A DNA stretch of 64,000 nucleotides from Polyangiaceae bacterium (GTDB lineage: Bacteria; Myxococcota_A; Polyangia; Polyangiales; Polyangiaceae): positions 392,466 through 456,465 of the forward strand of contig JADJRH010000002.1 in assembly GCA_016712345.1 (NCBI GenBank), given 5' to 3'. The translations under genes were made by a program, and so were the position numbers. A model generated the notes under the pieces. It did not search any database, was not told the origin of the DNA, and saw only the letters and a list, made by a program, of their open reading frames with translations. This document shows, piece after piece, positions 21,704 to 29,556 of this stretch. Positions within the stretch are counted from its first letter, which is position 1. Each line of letters starts with the position of its first letter.

Positions 21704-23443
21704 ATGAATCTACCCATGAAGCCCCAAATCGAAAGCGGACTTGAAACAGGTTTCGCCGACTTTCAAAACGACGCGCTCATGGAGCGCGAGGGGCGAAAAG
21801 ACGAGTCACACGAAGAGGCCGCCCACGAAAAGCGCAATTGGGTACGCCTTTCTTATGACTGCAATAACCACTGCACCTTTTGTCTCGACTCAGATGCTCA
21901 CAACGGGACAATGCGCTCCACACTCGATATCAAAGTTCAAATTATCGAGGGGCGAAAACGCGGTGCGGAAAGGCTTATTTTGTCGGGTGGGGAGCCCACA
22001 ATGCACCCCAACTTTCTCGACTTTGTAAAGCTCGGAAACCGGGCCGGCTACCGCAAAGTTCAAACGGTCACCAATGGCCGCATGTTTAAATATCCCGAGT
22101 TTTTAAACCGCGCCGCCGACAACGGCCTCAACGAAATCACGTTTAGTTTGCATGGCCACACTGCCAAGCTTCACGACGCGCTTGTGGGTACACCGGGCGC
22201 TTTTGTCGAAGAGACAGCCGGCCTAAAAGCCGCGCTCGCGTCGGGTAGGTTTATCGTCAACGTTGATATTGTCATCAACAAACAAAACGTAAAACACCTG
22301 CCTGAAATGCTCGAAACGTTTATCGGCTGGGGCGTCAAAGAGTTTGATTTGTTGCACGTCATCCCATTTGGAAACGCGTGGACACAAGCGCGCGATCATC
22401 TCTTTTATGACTTGGACGGCAACCTTGAATACCTGCAAAAAGCCTTTTCGTACGCGCGGCGCCCCGATATCCACATTTGGCTCAATCGGTTTCCACCCGC
22501 GTACGCAGAAGGTTTTGAAGACCTCATTCAGGATCCCTACAAACTCAACGATGAAGTTCGCGGCCGACGTGAAGAGTTTGATCGCTACTTGGCGTTTGGC
22601 CAAAAGCTCCAGTGTCGCGAGCCTGACAGGTGCAAACGTTGTTATTTGCAGCCTCTCTGTGATGGACTTGATGTGGCGCTGGAGGCGCGTCGCGCGTCGT
22701 CGGTGGATGCACTTCGCGTGACTCAAGTGTTGCCGGCGGCGGTGACATTGCCTGCCGCACCCGTCGCAGAGTTGATTGCGGAGCATTTGTCAGGTGCCGA
22801 GGAGTTGGCGAAATACATCACAACACCTGCGTTGGCCCTTGAACTCCGCTCGTACAAAGGCCTTTCAGAAGCGCTTGGGCCGAGTACAAACCTTTTTGGG
22901 AAACCCCTCTCGTATTGCATTGCCCAAGATTTGAATGCGGCCAGAGCGCTACTCGCTGTCAATGGCACGTTTGACATTCACCTCATGCTGACCAAAGAAA
23001 CGGCGCCGTTTATTGAGGCTCATCCTGAGCTGTCAAATCGCGTCGTGCTTGTTCAACCCAACTACGATCGCGTTACCGACGCTCTCGCGAACGACGTGGA
23101 TCTTCCAACGTTCCTTGCCCAATTGAGCACGTCATTCAGGCTTCAAAACGTGCCCGCCTGTTTGGCCAAACACCACACCGCATTGCCCGACCTCCGCGTT
23201 CTCGACGTGGCCATGCTTGGGCCCGACGGGCGCGTGGACATGAAAGGGTACACTCGCCGCTTCGTGGAAGACGGCTTCTACTCAAAAGCTCTTCGATGTG
23301 GGGGATGTTCTCAAAACGCGAGTTGCCGTGGTGTACACGTCAACTGGGTGCGCGCGCACTCGTTTGCACCTCTAGTACCGCGATTCAATCAACCCGATGG
23401 GTTGATTGCCGCTGCTTCGCAGCGCTTGAAATCGCGGTACTAG
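21704..23443 (+). CDS. Second radical SAM / SPASM-like enzyme, paralogous to the upstream gene, with a C-terminal domain of unknown function that carries an extra CGGCSQNASC cluster.
   Basis: CNNHCTFC motif, LILSGGEPT, and CREPDRCKRCYLQPLCDG. The start at MNLPMKPQ has a GAGGAA RBS. It is 16 bp downstream of the preceding stop. Confidence 0.7.
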   Translation: MNLPMKPQIESGLETGFADFQNDALMEREGRKDESHEEAAHEKRNWVRLSYDCNNHCTFCLDSDAHNGTMRSTLDIKVQIIEGRKRGAERLILSGGEPTMHPNFLDFVKLGNRAGYRKVQTVTNGRMFKYPEFLNRAADNGLNEITFSLHGHTAKLHDALVGTPGAFVEETAGLKAALASGRFIVNVDIVINKQNVKHLPEMLETFIGWGVKEFDLLHVIPFGNAWTQARDHLFYDLDGNLEYLQKAFSYARRPDIHIWLNRFPPAYAEGFEDLIQDPYKLNDEVRGRREEFDRYLAFGQKLQCREPDRCKRCYLQPLCDGLDVALEARRASSVDALRVTQVLPAAVTLPAAPVAELIAEHLSGAEELAKYITTPALALELRSYKGLSEALGPSTNLFGKPLSYCIAQDLNAARALLAVNGTFDIHLMLTKETAPFIEAHPELSNRVVLVQPNYDRVTDALANDVDLPTFLAQLSTSFRLQNVPACLAKHHTALPDLRVLDVAMLGPDGRVDMKGYTRRFVEDGFYSKALRCGGCSQNASCRGVHVNWVRAHSFAPLVPRFNQPDGLIAAASQRLKSRY

Positions 23444-23579
23444 TTTTGTTTCCGTGGGGCATTCGCCCCACACCCCGGCCGCGCAGGCGCGGCCCCAGTG
23501 CACCGCGTGGATAAGGCAACGAAGCGTTGCTGTGATTCATCAGGACACATCAGTTCTACGGAATCGGTGCACTGCCACC

Positions 23580-24264
23580 CTATTGAACAGTGCCGATCTT
23601 GCAGTCTGAAACAGCGCCTGCGTACCAGTCGGTCACGTTATTCCAGCCTTCACCTTCATGCCATCGGACATCGGCGCGCGGCATTTTTCCTTCGACCGCG
23701 AATTTACACTTCACTGAAAAACGACTGCCCGGAAGTTTGTCGGCGGCGAGGGCTGGTTCTGCCCAAACACCGGCCGCAAAGAAGTTGATGTTGTTTGTTG
23801 TGGAGTAAGGCCTGAGCGTTTTCTTGTCGTCGGCCGGGTCACCCTTTGACCATCGCTTGCCCTGCGACTCAAAACCGCAGTGAAGCCCTTTGATCTCGGT
23901 TCCCGACGCGCATGCGAGATCTTGCCGATCGGTGGAGACGAGCGTGATTTCAACGTCCACCGTTTGCCCCTCGTTCCACTTGGGAGCCGCGGGACCGCCG
24001 CCGCCGCGTTCAGCACCGAGAAGCAACATGGCGAGCGACAAACCACCAACCACAGTGATGAACAAAGCCACCGCTTTGCCAAGGCCGGCCGTGGGAGGCG
24101 GGGGCACTTTTGCGGCTTGTTTTGCAGCGACGGGCGCAGGTTTTGTCTCTTTTGCGGGTGCGGCGTCTTCATCGGACTTCGAAGCTTCCGGTTCGTCGGA
24201 TTCGCCTTCGCCTTCGCCGCCGTTTTCGTCAAGGTCGCGATCTTTGTCGTTGTCTTCAGAAGCC
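23580..24264 (-). CDS. Hypothetical membrane-anchored protein with an acidic disordered N-terminus and a Cys-containing extracytoplasmic domain.
   Basis: MASEDNDKDRD... acidic N-terminus, then a TM segment (LFITVVGGLSLAMLLLGA), then a domain with 4 Cys. Confidence 0.4.
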
Positions 24265-24368
24265 ATGTTGCGGCGACCATACCCGAGAGTTTGCCCGCCG
24301 CCAAACAAGCTTTAACGCCTTGTTTTACCCGTGTGTGAAAGCGCTCCGGTGATAAGCTGCGCGGTCTT

Positions 24369-25370
24369 ATGTACCGGATGGTCATCGAACCTCGCACGCG
24401 GATCTTGGGCACCGGCCACTATGTGCCAGCCCATATTGTTGAAAACGCCGAGTTGGAAAGGGAGCTTTCAACAACGGGTGAGTGGATCGAAAAGCACACA
24501 GGTATCCGTCGAAGGCGCATTGCAGCCGAGGGCGAAGTCACAAGTGACATGGCAACGGCGGCGAGTCGGCTCGCGATTGAAGCGGCCGGACTCACGGTGG
24601 CCGACCTCGACATGATCATCGTGGCCACAGTGAGCGGTGACAGTCCCATGCCCGCCACCGCAGTCCATTTGCAGCAAAAGCTCGGGGCCGACCTCATTCC
24701 GTCGTTTGATTTAAATGCGAGCTTTGCAGGCTTTCTCTACGCAATGACCGTCGCCGACCAATTCATCGCGGCCGGAACATACAAGACCATTTTGGTTGTC
24801 GGTGCCGATCTGATGTCTCGCCGGATCGACCCACTCGACAGAACAACGAGGCCCTTTTTTGGTGACGGCGCCGGCGCTGTGGTGCTCGGACCGGCGCAGG
24901 GCGATGGGCGCGGCATTCTCTCGTCAAAAATTCACGCCGACGGCACTCTCGCGCACTTAATCGGAATCCCCGGCGGCGGATCTGCCGAGCCAATGACGGC
25001 CGAGCGTTTTGCGAACAAACGTCACGCGCTCAAAATGGATGGGCACGAACTGCTTCAGATCACGGTGAAACATCTCACCAGCTATTCAATGCAGGCGCTC
25101 AAAGCGGCGGGCCTCACAAGCGCCGAGTTGGACTGGGTTGTTCCCCACCAAGCCAACGCAAACATCGTTGAAAAAATCTCCGCACGCCTCGGGTTTTCGC
25201 GCTCAAAATTCGTGGAAAATATAGCTGAATACGGCAACACCTCCGCTGCATCAATCCCGATCGCTCTCGACGAAGCGGTTCGCGACGGCCGCATCAAACC
25301 TCATCAAACGGTACTCTTGTGTGCACTCGGCGCAGGCCTCACATGGGGCGCGTCTATCGTGCGCATGTAG
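24369..25370 (+). CDS. fabH: 3-oxoacyl-ACP synthase III (KAS III).
   Basis: ILGTGHYVP N-terminus, an active-site Cys in an AGFLYAM context, HQANANI, and GNTSAASIP. Confidence 0.9.
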   Translation: MYRMVIEPRTRILGTGHYVPAHIVENAELERELSTTGEWIEKHTGIRRRRIAAEGEVTSDMATAASRLAIEAAGLTVADLDMIIVATVSGDSPMPATAVHLQQKLGADLIPSFDLNASFAGFLYAMTVADQFIAAGTYKTILVVGADLMSRRIDPLDRTTRPFFGDGAGAVVLGPAQGDGRGILSSKIHADGTLAHLIGIPGGGSAEPMTAERFANKRHALKMDGHELLQITVKHLTSYSMQALKAAGLTSAELDWVVPHQANANIVEKISARLGFSRSKFVENIAEYGNTSAASIPIALDEAVRDGRIKPHQTVLLCALGAGLTWGASIVRM

Positions 25371-25437
25371 CTCGGCAAACGAGCGCGCTCGATTGCCTGC
25401 TTGGGCCGACAACCTTTCACGATCTCTTGGCGACACG

Positions 25438-25962
25438 ATGACATCGTCTGAACGCATCGAGTTGGTGAGCCCTTCGCTGAGGTTCAAACACATGTTTTCG
25501 GAGGAGCGTTTGGCGATCGCCATCGCTCTCGGAAGCCGCGCTCAGGCGATCGAACACATTGGAAGCACCGCGATCGAGGGCATCGTGGCCAAGCCGATTG
25601 TCGATATTTTGGTGGGAATGCGCGACGCGCTGAACACCGCGATCGAACCGCTGACGAGCAGCGGCTATGTGTACTCATTCGATCCCGAACAGCAGGATCG
25701 CCTGGTGTTTTGGAAAGGTGTACCCCGAACCTTCCACGTCCATGTCACGCAGTTCGACGGGCCCGAATGGCGTCGTCACATCGTGTTTCGCGACTGGCTC
25801 AATCTGCATTCCGACGTGGCAAAAGAATACGAAGCTCTCAAGCAGGATCTCGCGCGCCGTTTCGAAGGCGACCGCGCAGCGTACACAAACGGCAAAACGG
25901 AGTTCTGCCACCGCATTGAACGCGAAGCCGCAAAGTTCCCAGCGCTGCGACTGCTCCGCTGA
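25438..25962 (+). CDS. GrpB-family (UPF0157) protein.
   Basis: HIGSTAIEGIVAKPIVDIL and FHVHV motifs typical of GrpB. Confidence 0.7.
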   Translation: MTSSERIELVSPSLRFKHMFSEERLAIAIALGSRAQAIEHIGSTAIEGIVAKPIVDILVGMRDALNTAIEPLTSSGYVYSFDPEQQDRLVFWKGVPRTFHVHVTQFDGPEWRRHIVFRDWLNLHSDVAKEYEALKQDLARRFEGDRAAYTNGKTEFCHRIEREAAKFPALRLLR

Positions 25963-25995
25963 GCCCACGGCCGCGGCGTTACGCTTGTGTACACA

Positions 25996-26766
25996 TTACT
26001 GCAAAACGATGCGACGGCTCGCTTGGTAAGCGCGTTCAGCGGGCAGACCATACCCTTCAAGTGCGGGAACGATCACTTCGCGAACGGTTGCAAAAAACAA
26101 CTTCCTCGCCTCGCCGCCGTCGCAGACGCCCACATCTTCAGCACCTTCGGGAAGCGGCCCCAACACCGGCAGGTGCGCCAACTCGTGAGCTTCAAGATGA
26201 GCAAATGCCAGGGCAAGATACTTGCCGAGGCGCTCTTTGGCGGCCGCATCCCACGACCCCGCGTGTTGCGCGACCAGCGCCCAACCAAACCGGCTGTGCC
26301 CCACTTCATCTGAATAAATTCGGGTGAGCAGTGCTCGCAGCTCGCCCTCCGGCATCCGCAGCCGCTCCGCTCCAATGAGTGCCACCGCCACCGATTCACT
26401 CAAACACGAGATCGAAAGTACGTTGCGCATCACGGCTTCGATCCGGCTCACGTCTTCGTGTTCGGGCAGATCATGTTCCACTCGCGGCGGTGCCACAGCT
26501 TCACCGCCGAACGCTTCCACAACCGCGCCGCACAAAACGCCGTGATGTTTTTCTTCGGCCGCAAACTCCGACGCCTGCTGCACGAGACTGCTCTCAAACC
26601 CGGCCAAAGCCATTTGTCTTGCGAGCTGGTCAAACACCCGCGACGAGCCGTGTTCGTTGATCATGCGCCCGCGCCACGTTGCGATCGCGCGGGCCCGCAC
26701 GGGTTCACTCACATTCACGTGAGGCATGACGGCACGCGCATCCGCCCTTAGATCCAAGAGGTTCAT
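25996..26766 (-). CDS. Ferritin-like-domain protein (putative di-iron four-helix bundle) of unknown function.
   Basis: Paired E...H helices (EEKHHG...; SDEVGHSRFGW; EAHELAH). Its start is coupled to the upstream gene by an ATGA overlap. Confidence 0.45.
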   Translation of the reverse strand: MNLLDLRADARAVMPHVNVSEPVRARAIATWRGRMINEHGSSRVFDQLARQMALAGFESSLVQQASEFAAEEKHHGVLCGAVVEAFGGEAVAPPRVEHDLPEHEDVSRIEAVMRNVLSISCLSESVAVALIGAERLRMPEGELRALLTRIYSDEVGHSRFGWALVAQHAGSWDAAAKERLGKYLALAFAHLEAHELAHLPVLGPLPEGAEDVGVCDGGEARKLFFATVREVIVPALEGYGLPAERAYQASRRIVLQ

Positions 26767-27278
26767 GCGATCCCCCATGTTTCGTCGTTGAACATCGGCG
26801 CCATGGCGGGAGGCATGGGCGGACCCCAAGGTGTACACGCTGGGTGTACACTGAAGTCGTTGACGACAAGCCCGGTGCCACAGCAAGCGTTCACACTCTC
26901 AAACGTGAACGGAGGCTCCGTCGTTCCGTCGCCCATCCAGTTATCCATGGTGCCCACCGCCATTTCGCAACACCCCTTTTGATCTGCGGTGGCGAGGGCC
27001 GGATTGTTCCACAGCGCGTTCGTTGCGAACGCTTCGTCGAGCACTGCCGAGCAGCACGCGGCGTCGTTGCCTTCACCGTCGAAACACGCCGTGTCGGGTG
27101 TTGGATTGTCGACCGTTACGTCGGGGGTGTCCGCGGGGTCGACCTCGCCCGGCTCGGGAACGTTTTCAGTGTCGTCGGCCTCGATGATGACCTGACCGGT
27201 GCAGCCCGCGGCACTCGCGATCATTGTCAATCGGGCAACCGCGGCCATGGCCCGCCGTGAGAGTTCGTTGGCACGCAT
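26763..27278 (-). CDS. Small Cys-rich lipoprotein of unknown function.
   Basis: Lipobox (IASAAGC) and 12 Cys including CC pairs (AACCSA, GCCEMA, ACCGTG). Confidence 0.45.
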   Translation of the reverse strand: MRANELSRRAMAAVARLTMIASAAGCTGQVIIEADDTENVPEPGEVDPADTPDVTVDNPTPDTACFDGEGNDAACCSAVLDEAFATNALWNNPALATADQKGCCEMAVGTMDNWMGDGTTEPPFTFESVNACCGTGLVVNDFSVHPACTPWGPPMPPAMAPMFNDETWGIA

Positions 27279-27412
27279 TGAGAACCTCCTTGTTCACGAA
27301 CAATGCGGCCGAACAATGGTGAAGACAATCGATATGATCTCAACAATATTGTATCGATTTTCAGAATAATAACGTCGCATCCATGTTGCTCCTTCAAAGC
27401 CGCGTTCCGCCC

Positions 27413-28297
27413 TTAACGCAAAGGCTCCTTCGAAAAGAAGGCCGCCAGTTCTTCGTAAATTCGACGGCGAGGATCGTCGCCTCGAAAGATCAAACGAAAG
27501 TGATCGTGCATCGGCGTCATGTCTTTGAGAGCGCGCACGAGCTTCTTTTTTTCGAGATCCTGCTTTACGAAATAGCGCGGCAACACCGCTACGCCCGCGC
27601 CGGAAAGCGCTCGCGCTCGAATCGCGGCGATCGTTCCGAGCCTCACCACGCGCGCAAAACGCAGGTCGGCGCCGGTGTCACGCACGTATCGAAAAAGCGG
27701 CAGTTCGGCGCTGATATCGAGGAGCGTGTGCGATGCGGCGTCTGTGTTTTTTCGCAGCGGTTTTGAGCAAAGAAGCGCCGGCGACCCCACCAACACGTAG
27801 TCCTCTCGGCAAAGAACGATCTCCTGAAGTTTTGGATCCGTGAATCGCGTGGACGTCACGGCGCAGTCGATCTCCATTGTGCGTACACGCAGAATGAGAT
27901 CGGGGCCGGAGCCGAAGTACAGGTGTACACCCAGCGTGGGGTACTTTTTTTCGAGGGCGTCGAGCTGCGGAACAATCCACGAAATGCCCAGCTCGTGACG
28001 CGTGCCAAGCGTAATTTCAGCATCGGGAAGGCCGGTTCCACCTCGCGCCGCACGAGCACAATCGGCCGCCGCCGCGAGCGCTTTTTCGGCCGCCGGCAGC
28101 AGGCGCAGCCCCGAGTCGGTGAGCGTCACCTTGCGTGTGGTTCTGTCGAAGAGCGGAGAGCCAAACGCATCTTCGAGTTGTTTGATTCGCTGCCCAAACG
28201 CGGCGGGGGTGAGCGCCAAACTTTTTGCCGCGGCACGAAAGCGCAGTAGTCGCGCAGCTGCCACAAAGCACCGAAGGCTGTCGAGAGAAGGGAGCAT
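27413..28297 (-). CDS. LysR-family transcriptional regulator.
   Basis: An N-terminal HTH (LDSLRCFVAAARLLRFRAAAKSLALTPAAFGQRIKQLE) and a LysR substrate-binding domain. Confidence 0.85.
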   Translation of the reverse strand: MLPSLDSLRCFVAAARLLRFRAAAKSLALTPAAFGQRIKQLEDAFGSPLFDRTTRKVTLTDSGLRLLPAAEKALAAAADCARAARGGTGLPDAEITLGTRHELGISWIVPQLDALEKKYPTLGVHLYFGSGPDLILRVRTMEIDCAVTSTRFTDPKLQEIVLCREDYVLVGSPALLCSKPLRKNTDAASHTLLDISAELPLFRYVRDTGADLRFARVVRLGTIAAIRARALSGAGVAVLPRYFVKQDLEKKKLVRALKDMTPMHDHFRLIFRGDDPRRRIYEELAAFFSKEPLR

Positions 28298-28327
28298 GGT
28301 GCTAGGCTGCCGCGCGCCATGAGAAAG

Positions 28328-29452
28328 ATGCGAAAAATCGCCATCAATACCGGCGGTGGAGATGCACCCGGCCTCAACGCGGTGATCCGCGCGGCCACAT
28401 TGGCGGCCATCGAAAACGGCTTTGAAGTGTGGGGAATACGGCACGGCTATCGCGGCCTTCTCGACCACGAACCCGGCGGCCTTGTGCACCTCGACCGCGA
28501 TCGCGTCCGCGGCATTGGTCACCTCGGCGGAACGATCTTAGGCACCGTGAATCGAGGTGACCCCTTTCACTATCCCACTCGAATTGAAGGGCAGACCGAG
28601 CTTCAACCTGTGGATCGGTCCGCAGAGCTTGTGGCCCGTTTCAAAGAACTCGGGTTTGAAGCGCTCATCGCTGTCGGCGGTGACGGATCGCAAAAAATCG
28701 CTCATCGACTCATGAAGGCCGGTTTGCCGCGCGTCATCGGTGTACCCAAAACCATCGACAACGACGTCATCGGCACCGAGGTCACATTTGGCTTCGATAC
28801 AGCTGTTTCCATCGCAACCGAGGCGATCGATCGGCTGCACACAACGGCGGAGTCACACGATCGGGTTCTCGTTGTTGAAGTGATGGGTCGTCACGCGGGC
28901 TGGATCGCGCTGCGATCCGGTTTGGCGGGCGGTGCCGATGCGATCTTGATCCCCGAGATCCCATTTCGATACGAAGCGATCGCAGCCAAGATCGCGCAGC
29001 GTGAAGCCCGAGGTCGCAAGTTTGCGATCGTTGTTGTTGCGGAGGGCGCGGCACCCGCGGGAGGCAGCATCGCCGTTAAAGACAAGGGCGATGTGTTTCG
29101 AGGCACCGCCGTTTTGGGCGGTATCGCGCAGCAGGTTGAAAAAGAACTCGCGCGCCGAACAAACAAAGAGTGCCGTTCGATCTCGCTTGGACATCTCCTC
29201 CGAGGCGGCGGCCCCACTACCTTCGATCGTCAGCTGGCACTGCGCTTCGGCGCTGCGGCGGTTCGATTTTTAACCGACACCACCGACAGCGGCGTTGTGG
29301 CCATCAGCGGCGACACCATCAATCTGTGCAGCTTTGAAATCGTCACGAGCGGCACAAAGTTCGTTCCGGCCGACTGCGATACTGTCAAAACAGCTCGTTT
29401 GATGGGCATTTGCTTCGGCGATGAGAGGCCCGAACACTACTTTGCCGCGTGA
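28328..29452 (+). CDS. pfkA: ATP-dependent 6-phosphofructokinase.
   Basis: KIAINTGGGDAPGLNAVIRA and GGDGS motifs. An alternative start lies at 28319. Confidence 0.9.
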   Translation: MRKIAINTGGGDAPGLNAVIRAATLAAIENGFEVWGIRHGYRGLLDHEPGGLVHLDRDRVRGIGHLGGTILGTVNRGDPFHYPTRIEGQTELQPVDRSAELVARFKELGFEALIAVGGDGSQKIAHRLMKAGLPRVIGVPKTIDNDVIGTEVTFGFDTAVSIATEAIDRLHTTAESHDRVLVVEVMGRHAGWIALRSGLAGGADAILIPEIPFRYEAIAAKIAQREARGRKFAIVVVAEGAAPAGGSIAVKDKGDVFRGTAVLGGIAQQVEKELARRTNKECRSISLGHLLRGGGPTTFDRQLALRFGAAAVRFLTDTTDSGVVAISGDTINLCSFEIVTSGTKFVPADCDTVKTARLMGICFGDERPEHYFAA

Positions 29453-29556
29453 AGTCGCGTTGGATCCAGCCGGCAATTTGACAAGGTTTTGTTGAGGTCG
29501 ATATCGTTTTGCACCTCCCCAAGGCCTCCGCTCAAAAAGCCGCGATCTCGCACGCC

